Assembly (NCBI GenBank): GCA_964016885.1
Contig: OZ024747.1
Location: 30,628,001-30,692,000, forward strand
Length of the DNA: 64,000 bases
Direction of reading: 5' to 3'
Origin: Eledone cirrhosa
Taxonomy: Eukaryota
Shown: piece by piece, positions 26,387 through 38,489 of the stretch
Layout: the number at the start of each line of letters is the position of its first letter
How positions within the stretch are numbered: the first letter of the stretch is position 1
Notes under the pieces: generated by a model
What the model saw: the letters and a program-made list of their open reading frames with translations, nothing else
The model's database searches: none
Told to the model about the DNA's origin: nothing
Translations under genes and position numbers: made by a program

Positions 26387-27255
26387 GGCAAGCTGTGTGG
26401 TTGCAATTAAGTATAATGAAAATAAAAGTTACGGGCGAAAGAGGGCAATATCCATCGTCAGTTGTCTGCTAGGAATCATAGGTATTTCTTCGCGTTAGAG
26501 ACAAGATACCTCAGCCCAGGGCGAACAATAACTAAAATAAGTTATTGGGATAAAAAAGTAGGGAGAGAGAGAAAAAAATGTAAACAGACACGAAGGGTGA
26601 AGCAATGAAAAGAGAGGAAAAATCAAGTCAACAACTCATTTCGAACATAAGTTCTGGTGGGTTTGGCGAGAAAAAAAGATATGTCTTCACTGTAGCAGTG
26701 TGAGCGAGAGAAGAGACTGCTTACAGAGGCGGATGAGGGAGGAAGTGAGCTAGCAGAGAGAGGGTGACTAGCATAGAGGGAGTGAGTGAAAGTAAGAGGA
26801 AGCGTGAAAGAGATAGTTATAGTGGCAGGCTAGCTGAGAGAAGGTGACTAGCAGAAGGGGGAGAGAGAGGATAGCAACAAGGAGAGAGAAAAGAGACGGG
26901 TCACTACAGAGAAGGAAACTATGTGAAATAAAATGGCAAGCTGTGTAGTTGCAATTAAGTATAATGAAAATAAAAGTTACAGGCGAAAGAGGGCATCGTC
27001 AGTTGTCTGCTCGGAATCATAAGTACTGCTTCTCATACGCGAAGAAATACCTATGATTCCTTGTCTCTAATGTGAAGAAATAGCTATGATTCCTAGCAGA
27101 CAACTGACGATCGATATTGCCCTCTTTCGCCTGTAACTTTTATTTTCATTATACTTAATTGCAACCACACAGCTCGCCATTTTATTTCACATAGTTTCCT
27201 TCTCCGCTGTGACCCATCTCTTTTCTCTCCTCTTGTTGCTATCCTCTCTCTCCTT
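26387..27255. repeat. Direct plus inverted repeat complex (PLE-pLTR-like arrangement, unclassified)
   Basis: 26387-26490 recurs directly at 26935-27030 and inverted at 27060-27178. The inverted arm continues to 27255, matching 26860-26935. Confidence 0.7.
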
Positions 27256-27269
27256 CTTCCTCTTCTTCT

Positions 27270-27435
27270 AGAAGGTCGGACACCATGCTTTCTAGCATAG
27301 TTACGTCCCTTTACGGTCTGAGTTCAAATCCCGTCGTGGTTCACTTTGCCTTTCATCCTTACGGGGTCAATAAAACAAAGTACCAGTAATGTACTGGGTA
27401 ATGCTAGCCTTGTGTCAAACGTAGAAACAACTATT
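27270..27435 (+). mobile_element. tRNA-derived SINE family A
   Basis: Matches 19135-19320. Confidence 0.85.
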
Positions 27436-28480
27436 ATTCTTAATCTCCTCTGCATGCATTACCCATACAGTTGTTAATGCTTCTAATCGATACAATCTTT
27501 ATTAATGGATATATTTATATATTTCTAATATATTCTAAGTTTCTTAAGTGATTCAACTTTGGCACCTTGTTAATCATTTTGTTATTTAGAATTTCTATAT
27601 TTAAAATAATTGACATTATTTGTATCTTTAAATGATTTTTTTTCAAAATATTAATGGAATACACTTCAATTTTTTCATGTTAGTATTGGGTACAATTTCA
27701 ATATTACTGTAAAATTTCAAATACTTAATTATATTAGTTTTGTATGTTTGCATGAATTCCTGTAATTTGTGATGTGCTATTCTCAGATACACTTTAAAGA
27801 AGTGGACATGTTACTTTTTGTATACAACTATATTTCTTTACATTATCATGAAAAAAACAAACAAACAAAAAATCTCAATGTCATTAAGTCTATATGGATG
27901 TATTTGTCTTGAATTTTAATAAATCTCTAAAACTGAAGTACCATTTCAACCAACTTTTGTTGGATTCTAAAATGATTATATATCTTTAGAAATTCACAAT
28001 CCGATCCAAGGCCTTCTCACTCCTGTTAGAGGAACCCCCTCCCAGATTGATCTCCACCCTGTTTGGGGTATAGCCTGTGATGGGTGAGTATTGTGAAAAT
28101 ATATGAAATGTTCCAGCGATATGATCATTAAAAATTGCATAAGTAAGCTTTGTTTAAAGGTGTATATAGACATCAACTGGCAATATTTGGATACAATTTG
28201 AATATAATAATTCAAAAAAGAAAGGGGCCAGGGCAAAGTAGAACCACAGTTGATGATATATTTTTCATATTTTTGTCTATGAAGAAGAAGGTCAAGAAAG
28301 AGGTAGGCCTCCAGCAAAATTAATCTATAAAGCAGTTTCAATCCCTACATGAAATTAACTCACTTTACTGAAGAGTCATCTCCTCTTTATATTACAAACA
28401 GTTGGAGACAGCATCTGAGAGAAGAGGGTTTAACCTGGTTAATCATATGACAATAAAATGCACCTAGTAGACTCTTTTAA

Positions 28481-28764
28481 GCCTTTTGATACCAACCCAG
28501 TCAAAACCAGGCCCCCATGGTTCTATGAAAGAAAATTACCCATTTCAAATAATTCCTCAATAAATTTATATATTCCAGCATGATATTATGCAAGAGCTAT
28601 CATCATTATCATCATAATTTTTAAGTCCATTTTTCCATGCTTGACCATATTTTAAGTTGTTATATTAGGAACGAAATAATTAATCATGTGAATAAATCTT
28701 TCAAAATTCTGCATTAATTAATAGAAAGAGAGTATATTTCATTATAAATGCAGTAATGAAAGGG
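28481..28764. mobile_element. piggyBac-like MITE
   Basis: TTAA|GCCTTTTGATAC ... GTAATGAAAGGG|TTAA. Confidence 0.5.
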
Positions 28765-29387
28765 TTAATTGATTGCTAATAAAAGGGGAATGCAACTATA
28801 GAAAATATGCCAAAAAATATTTCACAAATAACACACTACATACTATACTCAATCAACCACTGACATTAAAACACATAACACCAGTTACATTTTACATTAC
28901 AACCACTGACAGGAGAAGCAACTCCGAATAAGAATTAAGTCAGTCTTTGCCAATCCATCAAACCCATTAAGACATAAATATTGTAACAAACATTTTTCTT
29001 TCCCATAAAATAAACTACCTTGTGTCAACCCTATCTAATCCAATGATATATTGTTGTCTACAAATAACGTAATGGAAGAAATGTTTAACAATATTTTAAT
29101 AACTGTCTTACTCATATCATATATCATTAATGCATTCAACAAAATATACTCATTCACACATGAAAACACACACACAACATACTCATACAAAAGAAACATA
29201 TACTATGTCCATATTTTAGACATTTATAACTAGGTGGATGCTTTAACTTATAAAAAAATACTAATACTACTACAAGCAGCAGAGGTACTGCTCAATTTAT
29301 GAGTGTTTTGTTAGTTTGTAAAATTGAACACAAATTATCAGATGTAAAGAGACTGGAGGATGAGGTAAACTAGTTATATAATATATA

Positions 29388-29797
29388 ACCTAAATACAAA
29401 GTAAAACCTACTACAGTCAGTAGGCACCTCTCACAAAATACACCCCCCCCCATCACCCCCCCCCCCCCACCCCATCCACACCGCCCCTTTCAATGTAAAG
29501 TTATGTTGGTGCCACAACATCCAGGCCGAAACAAATGAGGTCGTGTAGGTGTCACGACAAAAAAAATACACAGTCCACGCTGTAATGTGGCCGTGTAGGT
29601 AACACGGTAAAAACCTCCCAGTCCCACACTGTAAATGTGGTTGGTGTTAGGAAGGGCATCCAGCTGTAGAAAACCCGCCAGACAGTCCTATGTGAGCAAG
29701 ACAACCACTCTTGCCTCAAGTGGGAAAACTCCCGTCCAAACCCATGCAAGCGTGGAATATGGACGTTAAACGATGATGATGATGATGATGATGATGA
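29388..29797 (+). mobile_element. RTE LINE 3' UTR-only copy (family 1)
   Basis: Matches 35930-36443 and ends in CGTTAAAC(GAT)n. Confidence 0.88.
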
Positions 29798-30019
29798 TAA
29801 CCTGTTTGTATTTTCATTGTGTAGTGGCTGTGTTGCCAACGTGTTTCGGTTGCAATTTTCACTATGTCACAGCCTAACGTATTGTTATTCTGAGCTATAA
29901 TTTATCAATATCACCTCATTGAGTGCTTTGCATCAACCCTAGAAGATTGATTTCGAAAAATGCTAATCGCAACAGCAACTTCGATTCTACTCACTATTAT
30001 TATTATTATTATTATTATT

Positions 30020-31642
30020 GTTCTTTGAGTCTCAGTCACTGATGTTATTTACGATCTGAGTTCAAATCCCGCCGAGGTTGACTTTGCCTTTCATCCTTAC
30101 GGGGTGGATAAAATAAAGTACCAGTAATGCACTGGGTAATTGCTGGCCTTGTGCCTAAAGTAGAAACAGTTATTTAACTGGAAAGTTTGTTGAAATGAAT
30201 ATCAAGCCGTTACCTGCAGCCTCAGATATTCAGGACGTCTCGGAGGGTTCTTGCTGTTCCCAGCAAGCATGCCTTTTGAAGTGTTCCAAATAGCGGGGCT
30301 GGACTAATCTTCTTTAACCATCCTTGGAAACTGTTTGAGATAGTACCTAGTGTGCCTATGACAATCAGGACGACCTTGACTTCATGGAAGTTCCAAATCC
30401 TTTTTAACTCCCACTTTAAATCCTGGTATCAGTTAATTTTCTCCCTCTCCTTTCCTTGTTTAAAACCACCAAGTCAGGCCTATTGTGTTCTAATTTTTTG
30501 TCGGTCTGTATCCTAAGATCCCATAGCACCTTCACCTGATCGTTTTCTATCACCGACTCTGGCTTATGCTCATACCACTTCTCAGAATGTGGTAAATTGT
30601 TTACTTTGCATAGGTGCCAGTGGATCACCCTGCCCATCACATCATGTCTCCAGCCTTTATAGTGAGTCTAGGCTAGGTGTTTACACTCGGATACAATGTG
30701 AGCCACAGTCTCCTCTCTCTCTCCACAGATCGTACACAGTGGGCTAGCCTCCTCCTTGTAAATATGGTGTTTCACCAACTTCGTTCTGAGGGCTTGCTTT
30801 TGCGCAGCCATTAGCTTTCCTTCTGTAGCTTTTTTAAGGTCTCCTCTTTTTAACCAGTTCCATGTCTGTGGATCTCTAAATTCAGTTTTCTTAAAGAAGG
30901 TACTATGAAGGGATTTTTCATGAAGGTTGATCTTCCTCCTTGTTGTTATTTCCTCCTTAGACATCTCCTGGTCTATTGTCTTCTCCTTCAGTACAATTTT
31001 GAGCATTGGCTCCCTACTGTCAGTCACGTATTTGTGCACATATTTCTCCACCTGAACACAGTCCTCTATGCTGATAAGAGCTCTTCCACCTTGAGATCTC
31101 CTTAAGTAGAGTCTATCGACATCACTCTTCTTGTGGAACATGTTGTAGATAGTCAATAGCTTCCTAGTCTTCCTATCCATTTCTTTTTGTTCAGCAACAT
31201 TCCATTTCAGAATTCCCGCACTGTGCCTAATAATAGACACAGCTCGGGCATTCACTGCACTTATGACATTCCTACTATTTAGATGTGATTTTAATATGCT
31301 CAATGGTCAGGGCCATCAGGGCAAGGACAAACAACAGAGGGGACAGACTATCTCCCTGGAAGATACCTCTCTTGATCTTCACGCCTCCCAAGGATTCTCC
31401 AGCTGATGTTAACTCTGTTTTCCAGGACTTCATACTTTTGCTCAACAACTGTCTGATGTTATCTGCCACCTTGAAGATCTCTAGTCTTTTGGTGATCCAA
31501 GAATAAAACACCATGTCAAATGCCTTTTTGTAGTCTATCCATTCCATGGCAAGACCAGTGTGTCTCCTCTTGCAATTCCTCATTACCATCTTATCAATAA
31601 GTAACTTGTCCTTTGTACCACGGGACTTCTTTCAGCATCCTT
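30020..31642 (-). mobile_element. Truncated, internally deleted R4/Dong-type LINE in (TAA)n
   Basis: ORFs 31275-31589, 30668-31303 and 30416-30640 match 31751-35143, with deletions near 31295 and 30455. TAA tracts on both sides. Confidence 0.92.
30052..30168 (+). mobile_element. 5'-truncated SINE family A inserted in the Dong 3' UTR
   Basis: 8-bp TSD GTTATTTA at 30044-30051 and 30169-30176. Confidence 0.85.
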
Positions 31643-31675
31643 TATTATTATTATTATTATTATTGTTATTGTTAT

Positions 31676-34600
31676 TCCTTGAATCTCAGTCATTGATGTT
31701 GGTTAACTGGAAAGTCCGTTGGATTGAATATCAAGCCACTACCTGCAGCCTCAGATATTCAGGACGTATCGGAGGGTTCTTGCCGTTCCAAGCAAGCATG
31801 CCTTTTGAAGCGTTCCAAAAAGCGTGAAGGGGCCGATTTTCTTTAACCATCCCTGGAAACCTTTGGAGATAGTCCCCAGTGCGCCTATGACAATCGGGAT
31901 CACTTTGACTTCATGGCAGTTCCAAATCCTTTTCACCTCCCACTTTAGGTCCTGGTATCGGTTAATTTTCTCCCTCTCCTTCTCTTGCACTCTCGTGTCG
32001 AACGGGCAGGCCACATCCACAATCAGGCACGATCTTTTTTCTTTGTCCACAACCACCAGGTCAGGTCTATTGTGTTCCAGTTTTTTGTCCGTCTGTATCC
32101 TAAAATCCCACAGCACCTTCACCTGACTGTTCTCCATCACCGCCTCTGGCCTATGCTCATACCATTTCTCAGAATGTGGTAGATTGTTTACTTTGCACAG
32201 GTGCCAGTGGATCACCCTGCCCATCACATCATGTCTCCAGCCCTTATAGTGGGTCTGGGCTAGGCGTTTACACTCGGACACAATGTGAGCCACAGTCTCC
32301 TCTCTCTCTCCACAGATCCTGCACAGTGGGCTAGCCTCCTCCTTGTAGATATGGTGCTTCAACCACTTCGTTTTGAGGGCCTGCTCCTGCGCAGCCATTA
32401 GCATTCCTTCTGTAGCCTTTTTGAGGTCTCCTCTTCTCAACCAGTTCCATGTCTGTGGATCTCTAAATTCAGTTTTCTCAAAGAAGGTACTATGAAGGGA
32501 TTTTCCCTTAAGGCTGCTCTTCCTCCTTGATGCTATTTCCTCCTTGGATATCCCCTGGCCTACTGTCCCCTCCTTCAGTACAGCTCTGAGCATTGGCTCC
32601 TTACTATAGGTCACGTATTTGTATAGGTTGTTTTTCTCCATCTGAACACAGTCCTCTATGCTGATAAGACCTCTTCCACCCTCAGATCTCCTTAGGTAGA
32701 GTCTATCGACATCACTGCTCTTGTGGAACATGTTGTAGATAGTCAATAGCTTCCTAGTCTTCCTATCCATTTCTTTTTGTTCAGCAACATTCCATCTCAG
32801 AATTCCCGCACTGTACCTAATAATAGACACAGCTCGGGAATTTACTGCGCTTATGGCATTTCTGCTGTTCAGATGTGACTTCAATACGCTCCTTACTCTC
32901 CGAATGTATTCAGTTCTTAACAATTCCTTCATTTTTTTGTTCTTTATGCCATCAGCCTCCAGAACGCCCAAATACTTGTATCCTTCCTCAGAGTCAATTT
33001 CCTTTATCATCTCACCTGTTGGTATCTGGATCCCGTTACTTCTGCTCAACCTACCCCTCTTCATCACAATGACTCCACATTTACCAATACCAAACTGCAT
33101 ACATATATCACTGCTGAAAATACGGACAGTGTCAACAAGCACATCCAACTCCTTCTCACTTTTCCCGAAGAGCTTAAGATCGTCCATGAAGAGGAGGTGA
33201 TTGATGGTAAGCTCTCCCCTTCCCAACTTGTATCCTGCTCTCACTTTTCGCAGCATAATGGTCAAGGGCATCAGGGCAAGGACAAACAACAGAGGGGACA
33301 GGCTATCTCCCTGGAAGATACCTCTCTTGATCTTCACGCTTCCCAAGGATACTCCAGTTGATGTCAACTCTGTCTCCCAGGACCCCATACTCCTGCCCAG
33401 CAACTGTCTGATGTTATCTGCCACCCTGAAGATATCCAGGCTTTTGGTGATCCAGGAATGAGGCACCATGTCAAATGCCTTTCTGTAGTCTATCCATCCC
33501 ATGGCAAGATCAGTGTGTCTCCTCCTGCAATTCCCCATTACCATCTTATCAATAAGCAACTGGTCCTTTGTACCACGTGACTTCTTTCGGCATCCTTTCT
33601 GTTCGTCCGGTAACAAGTTGTTTGTGTGGAGGTGATGGTAGATTTCCTCAGACACAATGCTCGTCAACAGTTTCCACATTACGGGCAGACATGTGATAGG
33701 TCTATAGTTGGTAACATCATTACCCTTGATTCGGTCTTTCATTATCAGAACTGTGGTACCTTTTGTCAACCACTCTGGCACCTCACCCGACACCAAGCAG
33801 TCATTGAACATGGCCGTCAGCTTCGGGTGGAGGGATGTTAAATGTTTAATCCAATACCCCTGCACACCATCTGGGCCTGGTGATTTCCAGTTGGTTAGTT
33901 TTTTGGCTTGCCCCTTAAGAGTTTCAACTGTGATACTCAAATCAGTCTGTTGCTGTGCCTGCTCACCGATCTCCCTCTGTACTGTCTCAATCCACCCTGC
34001 CTGGGCATTGTGTCTAACATCCTGCTCCCATATTCCTCTCCAGAATGTTTTAGCTTGTTCCGCCCCAGGGATCAAGTCGTTGCCTCTTTCTTTCCCCTCA
34101 AGCTGTCCAAACAGCATCTTCTGGTTGTTGTCGAACATGCGGTTCTGTTTATACTGACTGACTCTGTTCTCGTATCGCCTGATTTTGGCACTCTTTGCTA
34201 CAATGCGTTGCTTCAATTCCTCTATGATAATATTTAGCTTTTTACTCCTAGTTTTGTATTTTATTTCCAGTCTATTTTTAGTGCCTATGTTTTTTAGTGT
34301 CCCATTCAGTAGTGACTCAAGCTTTCCTATGTCATTTCTCATTTCCCCGATTTGCCCACTCAGTCGCTTCTTCCACCACGGCTCTGCTCTTTCTTGTCTG
34401 TTGTTTCCTCTCGCTTTTATACCAAGTAGTTTCCTCACCGTATTTGCTGTTGCTTTGAGGATATTGTTGCACTGGTGAAGACTCCTCGCCTCAAGGTATG
34501 GGATGACTTTGTTTACCTTAGCTGTTGTTTCTTTTAACTTTTTCCTGTCTACAAATCTTAGGTTCATAGGTCTCCCACTATCATTGTTCAACTCATCTAC

Positions 34601-35225
34601 CACTAAATTTAGGATGTCAACCGAATCTTGTCCTAGCCCGTCAGCATTCATCTCCTCAGTGGCCGTATCTCTGTTCCAGGTATTATTTATCTCAGTATTC
34701 AGATCATTGTCTGCTTCGGGTGGTTCCTCCGTTCTCAGGACCTCCTCACCTTCATTTCCCGCCGGCTCGCTTGTCTGGCATACTACACCCGCCATCTCCA
34801 AGCCATTCTCTCTGCTCAGTTCCTCCAGTTCCAGCTCGCTTATCCACCCATCAGTTCTTATTACCCGAGCCTGCCCGGCCAATTTTTGTTCATCTAATTT
34901 AAATAAACCAATCTCGTTCCAGATGTTATGCATCCGTCTCCTGTAGCCCCTCTCCTTGGGGTTACTTTTCAGGTAGCATTGCATAACAGTTCTATTCAAT
35001 TCTTTCGTCCAGTTGGTTCTGGCCCCTTTCCTTCTTCTTCTTCCTCCAACATCAGCAGTATTTGGTTGACAGTCAGGTTCCTGCTGCTGAGCCAGGGGGC
35101 ACCTGTTGGGTGAGAGTCTGTCACATGACGTTCTAGTCTCCATTTCACCGTTATTCGAACTGTTTATGTTCGATATTTAAACACTCTTATCGAGGATTGG
35201 CGAATGTATGTTTACATAGCCATCA

Positions 35226-35226
<1 letters not shown>
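31676..35226 (-). mobile_element. Near full-length R4/Dong-clade non-LTR retrotransposon
   Basis: Single intact ORF, short UTRs, and (TAA)n at 31643-31675 and 35227-35273. Confidence 0.93.
31751..35143 (-). CDS. 1130-aa RT + CCHC zinc knuckle + restriction-like (PD-D/ExK) endonuclease
   Basis: [45 protein letters not shown]; CRICGEREETVAHIVSEC; RHD; RPDLVV...IVDVACP...KINRY. Confidence 0.96.
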   Translation of the reverse strand: METRTSCDRLSPNRCPLAQQQEPDCQPNTADVGGRRRRKGARTNWTKELNRTVMQCYLKSNPKERGYRRRMHNIWNEIGLFKLDEQKLAGQARVIRTDGWISELELEELSRENGLEMAGVVCQTSEPAGNEGEEVLRTEEPPEADNDLNTEINNTWNRDTATEEMNADGLGQDSVDILNLVVDELNNDSGRPMNLRFVDRKKLKETTAKVNKVIPYLEARSLHQCNNILKATANTVRKLLGIKARGNNRQERAEPWWKKRLSGQIGEMRNDIGKLESLLNGTLKNIGTKNRLEIKYKTRSKKLNIIIEELKQRIVAKSAKIRRYENRVSQYKQNRMFDNNQKMLFGQLEGKERGNDLIPGAEQAKTFWRGIWEQDVRHNAQAGWIETVQREIGEQAQQQTDLSITVETLKGQAKKLTNWKSPGPDGVQGYWIKHLTSLHPKLTAMFNDCLVSGEVPEWLTKGTTVLIMKDRIKGNDVTNYRPITCLPVMWKLLTSIVSEEIYHHLHTNNLLPDEQKGCRKKSRGTKDQLLIDKMVMGNCRRRHTDLAMGWIDYRKAFDMVPHSWITKSLDIFRVADNIRQLLGRSMGSWETELTSTGVSLGSVKIKRGIFQGDSLSPLLFVLALMPLTIMLRKVRAGYKLGRGELTINHLLFMDDLKLFGKSEKELDVLVDTVRIFSSDICMQFGIGKCGVIVMKRGRLSRSNGIQIPTGEMIKEIDSEEGYKYLGVLEADGIKNKKMKELLRTEYIRRVRSVLKSHLNSRNAISAVNSRAVSIIRYSAGILRWNVAEQKEMDRKTRKLLTIYNMFHKSSDVDRLYLRRSEGGRGLISIEDCVQMEKNNLYKYVTYSKEPMLRAVLKEGTVGQGISKEEIASRRKSSLKGKSLHSTFFEKTEFRDPQTWNWLRRGDLKKATEGMLMAAQEQALKTKWLKHHIYKEEASPLCRICGEREETVAHIVSECKRLAQTHYKGWRHDVMGRVIHWHLCKVNNLPHSEKWYEHRPEAVMENSQVKVLWDFRIQTDKKLEHNRPDLVVVDKEKRSCLIVDVACPFDTRVQEKEREKINRYQDLKWEVKRIWNCHEVKVIPIVIGALGTISKGFQGWLKKIGPFTLFGTLQKACLLGTARTLRYVLNI

Positions 35227-35275
<49 letters not shown>

Positions 35276-35394
35276 TCTCCTAGCTTTTATAATTAATTGA
35301 TTAACTGATTGATTAATTATTTATTGTTTGTTTGATAACCTAGTTGAGAGCTTACTTTAGATGTAACTTCAATTTTACTCACTATTATATATAT

Positions 35395-36443
35395 GTGGGG
35401 GAGGGTGCTCTGAAAGTACAGTAGCTAGAGTCAGAACTGGATGGAAAAAGTTCAGAGAGCTTATACCACTATTAGCCGCTAAACGGTTCTCCCTAAAAAT
35501 GAAAGGCAGGTTGTATGATGCCTGCATACGAACAGCAATGTTGCATGGCAGTGAGACCTGGGCATTGTGTGCAGAGGATATACGCAGACTAGAGAGGAAC
35601 GAAGCTTGCATGCTCCGCTGGATGTGTAATAGTAATATACGCGAACGGCAAAGCATAAACGAATTAAGGAAAAAATTAGAAATAAGAGGGAAAAGATGTT
35701 GTCTACTTGAGAGAAGGCTACGTTGGTATGGTCACGTGATGCGCATGAAAGACGACAGCTGTATAACAAAGTACAGGGCAATAAAGATAGACGGTAGCCA
35801 CGGAGTAGGCAGACCCAGAAAAACCTGGGACGAGCTGATAAATTCCGACCTCACACACTTACACCTCTCCAAGACAATGTCACTGGACCGAGACCTTTGG
35901 CGGTACTCAGTAATAGAGAAGACCCGCCTTACCTAAATACAAAGTAAAACCTACTACAGTCAGTAGGCATCTCTAACAAAATACACCCCCGTCCCACCAC
36001 CCCCACCCCATCCACACCGCCCCTTTCAATGTAAAGTTATGTTGGTGCCACACAATCCAGGCCGAAACAAATGAGATCGTGTAGGTGTCACGACAAAAAA
36101 AACACACAGTCCACGTTGTAATGTGACCGTGTAGGCAACACGGTAAAAACCTCCCAGTCCCACACTGTAAATGTGGTTGGTGTTAGGAAGGGCATCCAGC
36201 TGTAGAAAACCTGCCAGACAGTCCACGCTGTAATGTGGCCGTGTAGGCAACACGGTAAAAACCTCCCAGCCCCACGCTGTAAATGTGGTTGGTGTTAGGA
36301 AGGGCATCCAACTGTAGGAAACCCGCCAGACAGTCCTATGCGAGCAAGACAACCACTCTTGCCTCAAGTGGGAAAACTCCCGTCCAAACCCATGCAAGCG
36401 TGGAACATGGACGTTAAACGATGATGATGATGATGATGATGAT
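35395..36443 (+). mobile_element. 5'-truncated RTE LINE (family 1): ORF C-terminus 35499-35936 plus 3' UTR
   Basis: LHGSETW...LRWYGHVMR...GRPRKTW; (GAT)n tail. Confidence 0.92.
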
Positions 36444-36524
36444 ATATAATATATTACAAGGGCGGTGCCCCAGCATGGCCTCAGCCGGATGGCTGAAACA
36501 GGTAAAAGAATATACATATATATA

Positions 36525-36692
36525 TCATCATCATCATCATTTTATGTCTGCTTTTCCCTGTTTGCAAGGTTGGGGCGGGAACTGATTCTGGCTTGATTTC
36601 TACAGCTGGGTGCCCTTCCTAACACCAACCTCAATTACAGTGAGTGCCGGGTGCTTTTTTGCCGTGACACCTCCACGACCACTTTGCAGTGG

Positions 36693-36693
<1 letters not shown>
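36525..36693 (-). mobile_element. RTE 3' end fragment
   Basis: CTACAGCTGGGTGCCCTTCCTAACACCAACC block and (CAT)n. Confidence 0.7.
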
Positions 36694-36758
<65 letters not shown>

Positions 36759-36786
36759 GGAGAGAGAAAGAAAGAGAGTGTGAGAG

Positions 36787-37084
36787 GTAGAAACCCCCCT
36801 TTGGTCATGAATGACCATGGGTTGCACCTAGAAATTCCCCTCCAAGGTGCAAGCCAAGGCAAGATGTTTTGTGGAAGACCAGTAGTCATTCATGTCTACC
36901 AGTCCCCCTTCTCTACATCACTGATGTTTCCAAGGAAAAGGCAATGGCTGGTACAGCTTGGCATCAGTACGACGTGAAATAAAGTGTCTTGCTGAAGGAC
37001 ACAACACAGTGCTTGGTCTGTGAATTGAACTCATAATCTGATGATAGTAAGTCCAACACTCTAAGCACTAAGTCATGCGCCTTC
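36787..37084 (-). mobile_element. tRNA-derived SINE (different family)
   Basis: Minus head TGACTTAGTGCTTAGAGTGTTGGAC...GAGTTCAATTC, then a CORE-like TGTGTCCTTCAGCAAGACAC. Confidence 0.65.
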
Positions 37085-37250
37085 TATATATATGTGTGTG
37101 GGTAGGTGGGGAGATGTATGTATGTGTGTGTATACATATACTGAAGTAAGTGTTTTAAAAACCAGTGTACATAAAACATAAAAACATTAACTGAATGAGC
37201 ACTCAATACATGTATGCAGAGTGTAGGATTTAATTTCTGAAGAAAACTGT

Positions 37251-37293
37251 GGCAGTGACTTCGAAGTTCCAGTGAAATTATCTTCTGATTGCC
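37251..37293 (-). ncRNA. Decayed hammerhead in an old PLE remnant (about 37100-37600)
   Basis: GGCAAU-CAGAAGA-uaauuucacu-GGAA-CUUCGAAG-UC-ACUGCC: two core substitutions, with the palindromic helix III and stem I kept. An RRPPNLK-like PLE peptide lies upstream. Confidence 0.5.
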
Positions 37294-38489
37294 ATGAAAG
37301 TCTTTAATTTGGGAACTTTTTATGTGTTAGTTCTGATGATGGGATATGCTATTTTGCTGATTTCTTTTATTGGTGGGTGGGATTATCTTTTGTATGAAAG
37401 TGAGAGAAAGTGGACTGTTTGTTTATAGTGAATGTTACAAGTTTATAGCAGTGAAAAGGTTTTTATGTACTTTGGGCTGTTTTTTGTAAAAGAGCAATTA
37501 TGTGAGAGAGATATGCTTTTTGGTATAGGGATTGGTTAAAGACTTATTATGTAATGGAGGCCTTTCAGGTTTGGTGGTCTCCTCCTATGATAATGCACAC
37601 ACACATATATATATACATACATACATATGCATACATAAGCAAGAAAGGAGAGAGAAAGAGAGAAATACAGCAGAGACATAAAAAGTCGCAAGAGCTCTGT
37701 TTGAACAGGGGGCCTTGATAGAAGGGACTCTGTTCAGAGCAGGGAGGGTGGGTAGTTTGATGAGGGGGCCCAATGCATTCGCCCCCACTTCCCCCAACAA
37801 ATACAATCCTGTGTACAGTGAACATTAACTAAAAAGAAAAGAGAAGCAGTAAAATGTTAAGCTGAGCAGTAAACTGGGAGAATTTCTAAATAATAATCCA
37901 ATATAATAAACAATGCCATAAACAGATATTTAGCTCCATTAAAAAAAATTCCTAACTTTAAAAATCATTGATATCATAGTAAAGAGTTTCATATTTATAA
38001 TGGAGCTGTTTATTCTAAAATTAGTCAAGTGGAACTAAGATCTTGGGCTTGTATTCTTTAACTTAGGAACTAGGGCATATTATAAAATGTAGAATTGTTA
38101 CGAACGCTAAATTAAAGTAATTATGGCTAAGGGATTATTAAACACACAAAACACAGATACACATACATAAATACACAAATAGATATACACAATGTGCTTA
38201 ACATACATATAGACAGGTAAACATGCATACAAAAACAAATGTATATACACCTGTAGACATACATGCATATCTTTTCATATTCATACTTATAATAGAATCA
38301 GATATGTGTATGAATATACATACATATATACAAATACATATATATAATTATAAAATACACAACTAAATCCATACACAAACTCCTACAAATTAAATAGAAG
38401 TGACATGGCAATGTGTGTTCAAAACTGATGCAAGTAATTTCTTGATTTCTGGAATGATTACAGATGTATGTATACTTAACACGAGGCTG

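Noticed and set aside
27994-28341. 115-aa ORF or possible terminal exon
   Set aside because: No recognisable motif and no supporting neighbouring exons.
31824-35113. Plus-strand ORFs overlapping the Dong ORF
   Set aside because: Antisense shadows of the long coding frame.
35144-35226. HDV-like ribozyme at the Dong 5' end (GGCUAUG...UCCUCG)
   Set aside because: No complementary P1 or P3 3' strands follow the UCCUCG loop.
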